NCBI GenBank assembly: GCA_963718615.1
Contig: OY970368.1
Location: 5,536,001 to 5,600,000, forward strand
Length of the DNA: 64,000 nt
From: an uncultured cyanobacterium
GTDB taxonomy: Bacteria; Cyanobacteriota; Cyanobacteriia; PCC-9006; JAAUQQ01
Reading direction: 5' to 3'
The notes under the pieces were generated by a model. The model was not told the DNA's origin. It saw only the letters and a program-made list of their open reading frames with translations, and searched no databases. The translations under genes and the position numbers were made by a program. Shown here in pieces: positions 30,950 to 42,010 of this stretch. The number at the start of each line of letters is the position of its first letter. Position 1 is the first letter of the stretch.

Positions 30950-32101
30950 ATGTTGACGGTTGCCGTAGGCCACAGTATCGATCCAGATGCCCCAGAAGCC
31001 GTTGCCGAGGCTTTGGAACAATGCCAAGGGACCCTAGCTGGGCAGATCCCTCAAGCTGGAATTGTATTCGCTGCCATTGATTTTGAGCACCAAACCATTC
31101 TCGACGAGATTTTGCGGGTCTTTCCCGAACTAGAGCTGGTGGGCTGTACAGCGGATGGTGAGCTCTCTTCAGAAATGGGCTTTCAGCAAGATTCCCTGAC
31201 CCTCATGCTGTTCTGCTCCGACGAAGTCGAGATTCGTGCAACGGTCGGACGCGATGTTTCCCAAGCCCCCACGGACATTGCTCAGGCAATGGTCCGCAGC
31301 CTAAAAGACCAAATGCAGAGCCCCATTCGCCTCTGCTTGGCCTTTCCGGACGGGTTGCGGACCAATGCTTCTACCCTGGTCAACAGCCTGCAATCCGAAC
31401 TGGGACCCGTTCCGCTGCTGGGTGGCGTGGCGGCAGAGCAACCCAAAGCTCAGCAAACCTATCAGTTCTACCGCAATGAGGTCCTACAGGATGCTTTACC
31501 CCTGCTGGTTTTCGGCGGCAGTCTCATCCTCTCCCATGGCTTTGCCAGCGGCTGGAAACCTCTCGGTAAGCGAGGTGTGGTTACTGAGGTGCAAGACAAT
31601 ATCCTCTATCGGATTGATCACCAGCCCGCCCTGGCGTTTTATCAACATTATTTTGAGAATTACAGCCCTGATGCGGCCTATCCCTTGGCCGTATTTGCCC
31701 CCGGTGAAGAGAAGTTCTTTATCCGAGGATCGGTCAGCTATGACCCAGAGCAAGGCAGCCTGACCATGGGTGGCAATGTGCCCCTCGGTGCAACGGTGCA
31801 AATTACCGACGCGGAGCGCGACGATATTGTCAACGCCGCCAAACAAAGCCTAGAACAGGCATGGAGCACCTATCCCGGCGTAGCTCCAGCCGCAGCCCTC
31901 TTTTTCTCCTGTGCCTGGCGACGATGGGTATTGGGCACCCATACCGATCGCGAATATGAAGCGATCGCCTACACCCCCGGTCGAGACCGCATTCCCACCT
32001 GCGGATTTTATACCTTTGGTGAAATTGCTCCCCTTCACGACCATGGCGCAGCGGTCAATCACAATACAACCTTCGTGACCCTGTTACTCGGAACCCACTA
32101 A
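30950..32101 (+). CDS. FIST-domain (NosP-like) sensor protein
   Basis: LVGCTADGEL, GWKPLG, FSCAWRR and GFYTFGEI..HNTT motifs. Confidence 0.9.
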   Translation: MLTVAVGHSIDPDAPEAVAEALEQCQGTLAGQIPQAGIVFAAIDFEHQTILDEILRVFPELELVGCTADGELSSEMGFQQDSLTLMLFCSDEVEIRATVGRDVSQAPTDIAQAMVRSLKDQMQSPIRLCLAFPDGLRTNASTLVNSLQSELGPVPLLGGVAAEQPKAQQTYQFYRNEVLQDALPLLVFGGSLILSHGFASGWKPLGKRGVVTEVQDNILYRIDHQPALAFYQHYFENYSPDAAYPLAVFAPGEEKFFIRGSVSYDPEQGSLTMGGNVPLGATVQITDAERDDIVNAAKQSLEQAWSTYPGVAPAAALFFSCAWRRWVLGTHTDREYEAIAYTPGRDRIPTCGFYTFGEIAPLHDHGAAVNHNTTFVTLLLGTH

Positions 32102-32105
32102 TTCC

Positions 32106-33143
32106 ATGCAGAACGCTGTAGAAACCGATGCTTTGAAGCAACTGCAGAAAGAGAATCGCATTCTGCAAAAGAAGCTGGAACGATCTGAAGCCGAGCGCAT
32201 TCGCCTAGAGGAAATCAATCGCAAAAAGGAAGCCTTGCTCAAACAAGTCATTGTAGAATTGCAGGGGTCTCAAGCCATTTTAGAAAAGAAAAGTAGCGAT
32301 TTAGAACAAACCCTCGCCGAGTTACACCAAACCCAAGACCAGTTAATCGAAGCCGAGAAGCTGGCGGCCCTGGGGCGGTTGGTGAGTGGTGTGGCCCATG
32401 AGATCAATACCCCCGTTGGGACCGGCATTACCGTAGCATCGACGCTCGTTGATGAAACCAAACGCTTTCAGAAGGCGATCGCCGAGGGAGCCCTCAAGCG
32501 ATCGCTCCTCAACCACTACACGGAAATTGCCACGGAAAGTACCCAACTCATCCTGAGCAATCTCAATCGAGCGGCGGATCTGATCCAGAGTTTTAAGCAA
32601 ATTGCCGTTGACCAAACTCGGCTAGAACTACGTACTTTTGACGTACGGGCCTATCTCGAAGAATTGATGGTTAGCCTTTCGCCCCAATTGCGCCAAACTG
32701 CCCACAGTTGGAGCATCACTGGAGACGACAGGTTAGTTATCCAGAGCTATCCCGGTCTGTTGGCACAAATAGTGACCAACCTCGTGACTAATTCCCTCGT
32801 CCATGGTTACGAACCTGGCGAAGCGGGAAAGCTTAAACTTCACCTTGCCCTTGAGGGCGATCGCTTCCTCCTGGTCTACAGCGACAATGGCCGGGGCATT
32901 CCCCTCGCAGATCAATCGAGAATCTTTGAGCCCTTTTTTACGACGGCTCGCGATCGCGGTGGCACCGGTTTGGGATTACCGATTCTCTACAACCTCGTGA
33001 AGCGGAATCTCAAGGGCGACATTACAGTCCATAGCCAACCTGGCGAGGGAGTCCAGTTTAAGATTGAGATTCCTCTGGGAGCCTTTGCCCTGCCGGTGAC
33101 AGCGGACAACTGGGCAACTTTTTCCCCAGAGGATTTGCGATAA
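32106..33143 (+). CDS. Sensor histidine kinase (soluble, coiled-coil N-terminus)
   Basis: VAHEINTP H-box, NSLVHG, DNGRGI, FEPFFTT and GTGLGL motifs. Confidence 0.93.
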   Translation: MQNAVETDALKQLQKENRILQKKLERSEAERIRLEEINRKKEALLKQVIVELQGSQAILEKKSSDLEQTLAELHQTQDQLIEAEKLAALGRLVSGVAHEINTPVGTGITVASTLVDETKRFQKAIAEGALKRSLLNHYTEIATESTQLILSNLNRAADLIQSFKQIAVDQTRLELRTFDVRAYLEELMVSLSPQLRQTAHSWSITGDDRLVIQSYPGLLAQIVTNLVTNSLVHGYEPGEAGKLKLHLALEGDRFLLVYSDNGRGIPLADQSRIFEPFFTTARDRGGTGLGLPILYNLVKRNLKGDITVHSQPGEGVQFKIEIPLGAFALPVTADNWATFSPEDLR

Positions 33144-33163
33144 GGATCTCTGAGATATTTAAC

Positions 33164-34459
33164 ATGGTCTACTCCTCCCGTGCAAACCATCCCATGCCTG
33201 ATGATAAGCTTTTAATCATTGAGGAGGATGAGATTGAAATCGATGAAGATGTCGAAATTGACGAAGATGTCGAAACTTCCCTAGGGGCGATCGCACCCCT
33301 ATCGACCCTGGCGTCAGAAGATACCCATGCCAGTTTTGATACCTGGAAAGTCATCATTGTTGATGATGAACCCGCCGTTCACCAAGCGACCCAGCTAGCG
33401 CTCAAAAACTTTACGTTTGAGGGCAAACCGTTAGAACTGATCTCTGCCTATTCCGGGGAAGAAGGAAAGGAGCTGATTACCCATCTGCATTCTGAGATCG
33501 CCTTCATTTTGCTTGATGTGGTGATGGAAAGCGAAGATGCAGGGCTGAAGGTCATCCGCTATGTGCGCGAGGAGTTGCACAATCATCAAGTTCGCATTAT
33601 TTTACGCACAGGCCAGCCAGGAGAAGCCCCAGAAGAGTCGGTTATCCTGAATTACGATATCAATGACTATCAGCTTAAGGTCGAACTCACCCGCCAGCGG
33701 CTGCTGACCACTGTTCTCTCGGCGCTGCGGTCCTATCGCGATATTATTACCATTGAAAAACAGCGTTTGGCCCTTGCCAAGGTGCTGGAACGGTTACAGT
33801 TGATGCAAAATCAACTCAAAGAATATTCCTACAACTTGGAGATTAAAGTTTCGCAGCGCACCGCTGAGCTAGAACGAGCGAACCGAGAACTGCATCGCCT
33901 TGCTCACCTTGATGGTCTCACTCAAGTGGCCAATCGTCGCTGTTTTGATGAATATCTTCAAGCGCAATGGCAACAGCTATCCGAACGGCATCAGCCGCTT
34001 TCCTTGCTCATTGCAGATGTGGATTATTTCAAGCGCTACAACGATCACTACGGCCATCAAGCTGGCGATGATTGCCTGTTGCAGTTGGCTCAAACCCTCA
34101 AGGCGATCGCCGCCCGACCGGAAGATCTCGTGGCGCGGTATGGGGGTGAAGAATTTGTTGTGCTTTTGCCCTCTACCCCCCTAGAAGGGGCTTGCAAAGT
34201 TGCGGAGATTGCCCTAGCAGAGATCCGTCAACTCCAGCGGCCCCATGCTGCATCGGAAATCGCCGACCATGTGACCCTCAGCATTGGGGTGTCTTGGCTG
34301 ATGCCCCAGGCCGCAACCTCGCTCGAAAGTTTGATTGAAATGGCAGATCGGGCGCTCTATCAGGCGAAGCAAGCGGGTCGCGATCGCTACTGTATCTATA
34401 CGGCAATGGACTCTTTAAACGCGATCGGTGCTTTCTTGGAAGAAGATTTTCGGTTGTAG
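33164..34459 (+). CDS. Response-regulator receiver-GGDEF diguanylate cyclase
   Basis: IVDDE and LLDVVME receiver motifs; DGLT..ANRR; RxxD I-site (RPED) before GGEEF. Confidence 0.92.
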   Translation: MVYSSRANHPMPDDKLLIIEEDEIEIDEDVEIDEDVETSLGAIAPLSTLASEDTHASFDTWKVIIVDDEPAVHQATQLALKNFTFEGKPLELISAYSGEEGKELITHLHSEIAFILLDVVMESEDAGLKVIRYVREELHNHQVRIILRTGQPGEAPEESVILNYDINDYQLKVELTRQRLLTTVLSALRSYRDIITIEKQRLALAKVLERLQLMQNQLKEYSYNLEIKVSQRTAELERANRELHRLAHLDGLTQVANRRCFDEYLQAQWQQLSERHQPLSLLIADVDYFKRYNDHYGHQAGDDCLLQLAQTLKAIAARPEDLVARYGGEEFVVLLPSTPLEGACKVAEIALAEIRQLQRPHAASEIADHVTLSIGVSWLMPQAATSLESLIEMADRALYQAKQAGRDRYCIYTAMDSLNAIGAFLEEDFRL

Positions 34460-34479
34460 AGGCAAATTAAGCAAATAAA

Positions 34480-35472
34480 CTAGGAATAAGTCGACCCGTC
34501 AGGCATGGTAGTCCCCTGCAAAGACGCACCCGTGAGATTTGCCGTACTCAGTTCAGCCCGAATCAGCGTTGCTTGGTCTAGCCGAGCTTGGCTGAAATTG
34601 GTGCGTGCGCAATAGGCCTCTGATAAAATTGCCCGATAGAGATTTGCCCCGGTGAAGTTGGTTCGGCTCAGATCCGCCCGCGCGAGCTTGGCACTTTCCA
34701 ACTGGGCTTGGGTCAGCAACGTCCGCACCAGTTTGGCTTCGGTCAAAATCGCCAAATTAAAATTCGCTTCGCTGGCTTTTGCTTCGGTCATGTTCGTGCG
34801 CTCCAATTTCGCATTGCGCAGATTCGCGCCTCCCATCTCGGCTTGGCTGAGGTTGGCATCGGTCAACATCGCGCCTTCCAAATTGGCCCCGCGCAAATTG
34901 GCCCCGCGCAAATCCACGCCCCGCAACGTCGCATCGCTCAAGTTAGCCTGACTCAAATTGACCCGTGATAAATCGGCCCCCGACAAATTAGCGCCGCGCA
35001 GATCCGTTTGGTAAAGATTAGCCCCTCGCAAATTGGCACTTTGATTGCGCTTTTCCTCGCGCAAATTGGCCCCTCGCAAACAGGCCCCGCTGAGATTAGC
35101 CCCGCTGAGATTGGCATTGCGTAAATCCGAATCAATTAAATTGGTATCGAGCAAATTGGCCAGCGTAATATTAGCCCCCCGCAAATCAGCCCCCTGAAGA
35201 CTTGCCCCATGCAAATCCGCATTGCTCAAAATGGCGCGAATCAGCCGAGCCTGATTGAGATTGGCTCCACTGAGTCGCGTGTTGGTGAGATTGGCAGCGG
35301 TAAAGTCAACACGACTGAGATAGGCCATCATCAAATTGGCATTGCTGATCTCAGCCTTCGAAAAATTGACACCGATCAAATCCGCTTCATGGAGATCGAT
35401 ACCGCGTAGGGTTTCACCCTCGAAATTGGTTTTACCAGCTTCATACTGGCGCAACAGTTGTTGAGCATTCAT
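34480..35472 (-). CDS. Pentapeptide repeat protein
   Basis: A(D/N)LxG repeats throughout; ends MPDG. Confidence 0.95.
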   Translation of the reverse strand: MNAQQLLRQYEAGKTNFEGETLRGIDLHEADLIGVNFSKAEISNANLMMAYLSRVDFTAANLTNTRLSGANLNQARLIRAILSNADLHGASLQGADLRGANITLANLLDTNLIDSDLRNANLSGANLSGACLRGANLREEKRNQSANLRGANLYQTDLRGANLSGADLSRVNLSQANLSDATLRGVDLRGANLRGANLEGAMLTDANLSQAEMGGANLRNAKLERTNMTEAKASEANFNLAILTEAKLVRTLLTQAQLESAKLARADLSRTNFTGANLYRAILSEAYCARTNFSQARLDQATLIRAELSTANLTGASLQGTTMPDGSTYS

Positions 35473-35520
35473 AGGAATTGGGGTAGATGCTTAGGATCAG
35501 CGACGGCGATGGCAAGGAGA

Positions 35521-36747
35521 CTAAGACAATGTTCCTACGTTATAGTAGGGCCTGAGGGCACGGGCGATCGCCCCGGCGGCCTGTTCGTAGTCTTCAACTT
35601 GGTCGAGCGATCGCGCCGTATCTTGTAACCCAACCTCAACGCTATCGTAGGTTGAGTAATGGTCAAACAGTTGCCTGAGCAAGTCTCCAAGGGTTTGGTT
35701 GCGAATTTTCGACCAATCGGCGGAGTTGGATTCAAAGGGATGATACAGACTGGAAAACAGCAGTAGTTTGGCGCGTAAAGGATTGGTGTACTGCATAATT
35801 TCGACGCGCAGATCCGAGAGGTCAGTGCGATCTTTGGGAGGCGTTAGAACCGAGCTATCAGGGCCTGGTTCTTGAGGAATTGCTTCTTGAGGAATTGCTT
35901 CTTGAGGGATTGGTTCTTCAAAACCCAAAGCTGCGGGGGGCAGACCCACTGCCGTTTCCATCAGTTCCTCGTCATCGAGATCGGCGGCATTAAAATCAGC
36001 GGCTAAGGACAACAGCGATTCGGGACTCAGGTTGGGTTCAGGGCTAGCTGCGAGTTCAGGGGATTGGGCCGCAGGAGGGCGATAAAGCGGGGTTAAACCC
36101 TCCAGAATACTCTGGGCCACCTGGGTATATTCCACGCGTCGATTGAGACTGGAGACCACGCGGTTCAGCAGACTGGCTAAGGTTTCTAGATCCGGGGCAA
36201 GCTGATGGAGCTGCTGCACCAAACTCGGCAGCTTGAAATAGGCCAAAACCTGGGGATCGTTTTCCCAACCGCCGCTACACACGCTGTAGAGCAATTTTTT
36301 GATCCGGTTGGCATTGGGGGATTGGGCCAGGGTGTTGGCGATCGCCTCATAGGGCGACTGCATCAAAGGCCCTGTATCTTCCGCTTCTCCACTCAAAATG
36401 CCGGTGACATCCAACCGCGCCAGCGCTGAAGCCGGATCTTGATAAAGCGGCCCAATGACCTTGAGAATGCCCTGCCCTAGGGCGACGTACTCGGTAGGAC
36501 GATTGAGACGAATCGCCAAATTATGCAGAGCAGTCCCCAGATCGCCTTGGGTGGGATGGGTCAACACTAATTCATGAATAATATCGCGCAATCGGTACTG
36601 CTCCAGAACCTTGGCATCACTCTCCCAAGCATTCTGGCAAACCGCAAAGGTCAACTTGCGGATGCGCAAATACTCGGGATGATTTTCGAGTTGTTGGGAT
36701 ACTTCATCGAGCAGCCAAGACGGTACCATCGATCTCCTCAGGAACAA
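35521..36747 (-). CDS. Hypothetical cyanobacterial protein with three related helical modules
   Basis: Repeated RIRKLTFAVCQNAWESD / RIKKLLYSVCSGGWEND / RAKLLLFSSL; IPQEA x3 linker. Confidence 0.7.
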   Translation of the reverse strand: MFLRRSMVPSWLLDEVSQQLENHPEYLRIRKLTFAVCQNAWESDAKVLEQYRLRDIIHELVLTHPTQGDLGTALHNLAIRLNRPTEYVALGQGILKVIGPLYQDPASALARLDVTGILSGEAEDTGPLMQSPYEAIANTLAQSPNANRIKKLLYSVCSGGWENDPQVLAYFKLPSLVQQLHQLAPDLETLASLLNRVVSSLNRRVEYTQVAQSILEGLTPLYRPPAAQSPELAASPEPNLSPESLLSLAADFNAADLDDEELMETAVGLPPAALGFEEPIPQEAIPQEAIPQEPGPDSSVLTPPKDRTDLSDLRVEIMQYTNPLRAKLLLFSSLYHPFESNSADWSKIRNQTLGDLLRQLFDHYSTYDSVEVGLQDTARSLDQVEDYEQAAGAIARALRPYYNVGTLS

Positions 36748-36870
36748 CCTATCGGGTCAGGAACACCCTACCAGGAACCTGACCCTCATCATACTCAGAT
36801 CTGAGCGGGGTTTCGATGAAACTTACTAGAAATTTCCCTTGACTAAAAATAAATCTCTGGAGAACTGCCC

Positions 36871-37908
36871 TTAGGGAACAGGGCTGGCGCTGAGGTCGGG
36901 ATGGAGAATTCCGTTGAGGATGGTCTCGGGTCGTTTTTCGTGTTTCCAGGCGAAGGCATGCTTAAAGGCAGCTTCCTGGCAGGCGCGCAGTTGCTCGAAG
37001 TCGATGATGTTGTGGGTGAGCAGGTTTTCGTATTCGAAGGGCAGTCGCACGTTGTGCAACCCGGCGTTGTCGGTGCAGATGGCGATATCAACACCCGCTT
37101 CAAAGCAGCGATCGAAAACGATTTTGAGCGGGTCAATGCTGGGAAGGGTGCCGGTCTTGGTATAGGTGGTGGGACAAACCTCTAGACATTGGCCTCGGGC
37201 GGCTAGGTCCTTGAGTAATTCGGGGTGTTTGAGGGGGATCTGGATGCCGTGGCCGATACGCTGGAGATAGGGCAAGAGGGCAGGATGGCAACCGGCTTCG
37301 GTTTCGTAGAGGTGGCCGGTGGTGTTGATCCCGAGGGATTGAGCGTATTGGTAGAGCTGGGTGAATTCTTCGAGGCGATCGCCATACAACCCATCTCCCC
37401 CCGCCACATCGATCCCACAGACATACTGAGGATAGGCCGCCGCCAAATCCACCATGGCCCGGTTGACTTCGTAGGGCAGCCGCGAGTGCATACAGAGAAT
37501 CTGGCTGTTGACGATCGGGTAGAGCGTCGATTGGCTGGCTTGACCGACCACTTCAATGATCTGGGCGGTGGCGTCGATGCGCTCGGTTTGGCTGAGGTGT
37601 TCGGGGGTGCGCAGGTAAGGGGTATAGCGCAGCTCCAGGTAGGCGAGGTTTTCAAAGACATAGGCCCCGCGCAGCAGCCGGTAGATGAAGTAAGGCAGGG
37701 TTTCGATCGTCTGCACTTTTTCAACGAGGGTGTGCAGTTCTAGGTATTCGGCAAGGGTGTTGCGGGGCCGGGTGTAGAAGTCTTCAAAGTCGCTGTAATC
37801 GGCAAACTGAGCGGATGGCTCGGATTCGTTGCGTTGAAAATAGCCCCAGAGAATTCGGGGTACAACAGAACCGCCTAGGTGGCGGTGCAGCTCGGCGTAG
37901 AGGGCCAT
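36871..37908 (-). CDS. Adenosine deaminase family protein
   Basis: AELHRHLGGS, GHLYE, RIGHG, EVCPT and CTDN motifs. Confidence 0.9.
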   Translation of the reverse strand: MALYAELHRHLGGSVVPRILWGYFQRNESEPSAQFADYSDFEDFYTRPRNTLAEYLELHTLVEKVQTIETLPYFIYRLLRGAYVFENLAYLELRYTPYLRTPEHLSQTERIDATAQIIEVVGQASQSTLYPIVNSQILCMHSRLPYEVNRAMVDLAAAYPQYVCGIDVAGGDGLYGDRLEEFTQLYQYAQSLGINTTGHLYETEAGCHPALLPYLQRIGHGIQIPLKHPELLKDLAARGQCLEVCPTTYTKTGTLPSIDPLKIVFDRCFEAGVDIAICTDNAGLHNVRLPFEYENLLTHNIIDFEQLRACQEAAFKHAFAWKHEKRPETILNGILHPDLSASPVP

Positions 37909-38082
37909 GGGGATAGAAGCTCCTGACTGATGAGAGGATGGCAAAGCACCTGCGCTCTGAGGATTTAGCTTTGCCGAAAAACTGGACGAATTAAACTTTA
38001 GGCCGCAACAATACTTTGGCGAGGGCACCTAGGATGCTCGCGATGCAAGCATTTGCGGGATTTAGGGTGAATTAGAGACATC

Positions 38083-41000
38083 CTAGCGCAGGCTGTTAAT
38101 TTTGGCCGCGTTTTTTTGAAATTTTCCAGGGGCACAGGCTAGCTGCGGCAATGCGACTGGTTCCGAGGATTGGGCGATGAGTTGGATGCCTTGGGGTGTG
38201 GTTTTCCAGGTGGTGGCTTCGAGGAGTGCGGGAGCGGGGGGCGACGGGTGCGATCGGGTGGAGGGGAATGTCTGGGGTGATGGGGTGACGGGGAGGGTGA
38301 CCCAGGTGGGGATCAGAGGTTGGGGGAAGGGTTCTTCTGGGCTGAGGGGAATACCGTTACGTCCGGTGATGATGAAGGAGCTGCGGCTGGCTTCACTGTT
38401 GGGAGAGCAACTATCGTCGATTCGATCGCTGGGGTCGGTGAGGGCTTCGGAGATCTGAAGGGTGCCTTGGCTGGGGTCAGTGTTGAGGCCGTTGAGATTG
38501 AGGATGCCGCTGGAGCCGAAGGCGGAGCTGGCGCTGATGTCGTTGGTTGTGTTGTTGCGGAGGGTGTTGACGTTGGGTTCGTCTTGCAACTGGAAGTTGA
38601 GGATGGCGTTGGCGTTGATGGTGATGTTGCCGCCGCTGCCGCTGAAGGCGTTAGCGATGATGTCGCTGTTTTCGTTGGGGAGACTGATCAGGAAGGGAGT
38701 GTTGATGGTGATGTTGCCGCCGTTTCCTGGGTTTTGACTATTTCCGGCGGTGGATGTAACTAAGCTAGCATTTCTCAACAAAAAAGATTGAGAATCTTTT
38801 TTGTCTATATCAATAACTATGTCACCTCCATTACCAAATGAGGAAACAGTCGACATCCCCCCTTTATCTAACGTTAGTTGAGCAGTGCTAATACCTATAG
38901 ACCCAGTTTCTCCCACTCCATCTGAAGCAGTAGTAATAAAGGGGAAGAGTTTATCCTGACTACTTTCTAAAATAGTTTCTCCATTTGCCTCAATTTTGAT
39001 ATTACCTGCATTACCTTTGCCAGAAGTTCGAGTTGAAATAAATGCCCCATCTCTGACCACAAAATTGTTTGTAAATATCTCTATTTTTCCTCCATTTCCT
39101 ATAGCTTCTGGTTCCACGGAAGTAGATATAAAGCTCTGTTTGCGTGATCTGTTATTTATACCATCTAAATAAACACTATTCCTAGCGCTTATCTTTAACT
39201 CACTTGCATCTCCTGTACCTTGCGTACTTGCGTTGATTCCTGCACCTCTAGTAATAACAATACTATCAGCTAAGATTTGAATGCTTTTGCCATTGCCAAT
39301 TGCTCCTGACGCAACAACGCTAGAAATACCGCTACCTACTGAGTTATTACGACCATCAAATTCAACTTTTCCTGCCACTGTAAGGTTTATCTCTCCGGTA
39401 TTCCCCACACCAGATGTTCCGACGCCTATTCCAGCTCCATTTGTTATTTTGATTTCTCCAGCATTAACATCAACTAATCCACCATCACCGACTGCACCTA
39501 CACCGACAATACTGCCGACACCACTAGCACCTTGCTCATCAGGTGTTGAACCATCAAAAGATGCTAGCCCTCTAACCGTGATGTTTATATCACCAGCATT
39601 CCCTTTCCCAAAAGTGCTAGCGTTTATGACTCCCCCATTTGTCGCCTTCAATAACTCTGTATCAATGCTAATTTTTCCACCATTTCCTACTGCCCCTGAT
39701 GCTACAATACTGCCAATTGTGCTAGGAAATTTGCCGCTTTCATCGGTACCATCAAGAAAAATACCATCTCTAGCTTGAATGAGAAGTATTCCAGCATCCC
39801 CTTCTCCAAAGGTACTTGTGTTGACGGTTGCGCCATTAACAATATTGAGCTCTCTCACGAAAAGCTCAATATTGCCAGCCTTTCCAACTCCATTATTGCT
39901 AACGCTGCTTCCAATAGTGCTACCGATATTATCAACTGAGCCAGTACTATCAAGAGAAACTACACCTGAGGCCTCAATTCTAAGATTGCCAGCGTTTCCC
40001 AGTCCTGAGGTTAAGCTACCTACGGTAGAGACTCCACTCAGACTCAAATCCTCTGTTTTCATCAACAAATTGCCAGCTGAACCAGTAGCACCATTGCTGA
40101 TTTCATTAATGATTAGGCTATCCCGTAGTCTAGTTTCTCTTTTGGTGCGGATTTGTATATCCCCAGATTTTGATTCAGGAGAACCCAAATCGAAGAAAAT
40201 TCCTGCTCCAAGAATACTTGAGTCTAGCAACTCTAAATTCTGGCTATTGACTTGTATATCACCACCTCCGCTCCAGCTAACAATTCCACGAGATTTTTCT
40301 CTGAATGAAATATCAGCCAGCTCTAAATTTTCTGGAAAGAGCAAGCTAAATTTTTCTGAGATTTCTACTTCTCCCATTCCTGCCACAGCACCTAAATCTA
40401 GCCTGCCTTCAAGTGCATACAATCCGCTTCCCACAACTTCAATGTCTCCTCCGAGCATCACGAGGCTTTTACCAATATCAACACCAATTCCAGTAAAAAA
40501 ATTTGGTAATGCAGGACTGAAAGGCCGTTTTGCTCTTACCTCGATTCTGCTTGGGGCTGCGTTTGTAAAAATGAATGAAGAGGGAAAAATTGTTAATAGT
40601 TCTGACACACTTCCCTTCTCTACACTAAATGTTCCCAGGGATTTGAATCTAACTCCTGTCGATGTCGATGCGATAAACGAGCCTCTTAAGTCAAGAGATG
40701 AATTCTCACCAAAGAGAATTCCGTTGGGGTTAAGAAAGAATAAATTTGCAGATGATGGCTGAAAAATACCATTAGAGAATCTCTTGAGTCCCTAGAGTTC
40801 CCAAAATATTCGATTTTTTGTTGCCTGTAATCCTAGCTAATACATTTTCAATTCCTGAATTAAAAATAAAAAATACGGAACGAAAACTACTAATGTCAAA
40901 ATTTTCAAAGCTATGAAATAAGTTTTTTCCTCGCTGTGCTCCACCTGAAACTAGGTCTACCTGCGGTATAAAATCTCGAGTTAATTGAGATGATTCTAAG

Positions 41001-41098
41001 CCTAAGCTTGTGTCTGGAATAATTTCCTGCAATCGCCCCACCTCCGCAGCCAAAGCCAAGCCACCAAGCCCCAACACCAAAACCGCTCGCAGTCCCAT
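38083..41098 (-). pseudogene. Filamentous haemagglutinin / TpsA-like secreted protein, frameshifted near 40775
   Basis: 5' ORF has a signal peptide and NLFHSF. The +1 frame continues NGIFQPSSANLFFLNPNGILFG into the 841-aa beta-helix ORF. Confidence 0.8.
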
Positions 41099-41183
41099 TC
41101 GTTACACCCTAGTTGACAAACACAATCATCCTACCGAGCCCCACCGCCCCCAGCCGCCACCCTCACTACAAATCTTCAATATC
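41027..41183 (-). repeat. TpsA promoter/leader repeat copy 1 (native)
   Basis: Core TCCTACCGAGCCCC...CAGCC...CAAATCTT plus the signal-peptide start (ATG 41098). Confidence 0.75.
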
Positions 41184-41369
41184 CGGCGGATGCCATCCAC
41201 TCAACACCCACCGTTCTCGCGCCTTCACAATCACCCAATCATTCATCCGCAGCGCCATCACCGTCGCCCGCCCAGTAGCCGTCAAGCCTTCCACTCGGCT
41301 TCCACCCGCCACCCAAGCAAAATGCTCAGTCCAACGCTGCTGCCTCGGATGAAACAATCGCACCCTTTC
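41166..41369 (-). pseudogene. 3' remnant of an HNH endonuclease (toxin-like) gene
   Basis: LFHPRQQRWTEHFAW...GLTATGRATV..LRMN..R..W...GWHPP is the family C-terminus; the N-terminal CxxC/HNH part is absent. Confidence 0.7.
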
Positions 41370-41776
41370 ACCAGCGGCTGAACGACCTGTCCACGCCACC
41401 GCAACAATGCAGCAGCATGGGCTTTACGCAACATGAATAAATCCGCCTCATGCCGCAACTTCTCAAGCTCCTGTTGCTCATGCAAGGGCAGCTCTCGTTC
41501 TTTTTTGAACTCTAACAGCTCGTCGTAGCGGTGTAGCTCATCCTCGGTACAACGAGCTTGAGCGACTTGCCACAGAGCTTCATCCTCCAAGCGATCCAGC
41601 GCCGCTAGCTCCGATTGAAATTGTGCTGGCACATCCTCCCAAGCTGGTGGACTCCCCACCGTTAATGCCCGCACAACAACCTCTTGCAACGGACGTCGCA
41701 TTGCAGCAGCAGTATTCACTAGCCGCAAATACAAAGCTTCAGGAAGTTCCAGCGTGACCGTTGCCGTTGACATCAA
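41282..41776 (-). CDS. Antitoxin-like partner of the HNH gene, with 3' read-through after a deletion
   Basis: VTLELPEALY RHH-like N-terminus, LEDEALW and LRKAHAAALLRWRG motifs. Confidence 0.65.
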   Translation of the reverse strand: MMSTATVTLELPEALYLRLVNTAAAMRRPLQEVVVRALTVGSPPAWEDVPAQFQSELAALDRLEDEALWQVAQARCTEDELHRYDELLEFKKERELPLHEQQELEKLRHEADLFMLRKAHAAALLRWRGQVVQPLVKGCDCFIRGSSVGLSILLGWRVEAEWKA

Positions 41777-41846
41777 GAGACTGCCTTCATCGTTGCTTAG
41801 AGTCTAGTCATATTCTAGTGCCACTTCATCAAAAATAAAGCAGCCT

Positions 41847-41988
41847 TGCAAACCCCGGCCCCGCCACCAAAGCCACCCAACCCAACCCCAAAAATACCCC
41901 GCATTCCCATAATCCGCACCAGACTCAGCCAACCCAATCATCCTACCGAGCCCCCACCCACCCAGCCGCCATTCCCACTACAAATCTT
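41847..41988 (-). repeat. TpsA promoter/leader repeat copy 2 (orphan signal-peptide stub)
   Basis: Same core; ATG 41910 MGMRGIF..., shifted frame LGLGWVALVAGPGFA. Confidence 0.75.
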
Positions 41989-42010
41989 TAGACCTCCGGG
42001 ACAGCCCTGG

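Noticed and set aside
35868-35918. 15-bp tandem repeat (IPQEA x3); similar short repeats at 52700-52792 and 33230-33275
   Set aside because: Ordinary slippage repeats in linkers or intergenic DNA.
39281-40762. Long plus-strand ORFs (165 and 327 aa)
   Set aside because: Antisense shadows of the repetitive haemagglutinin gene.
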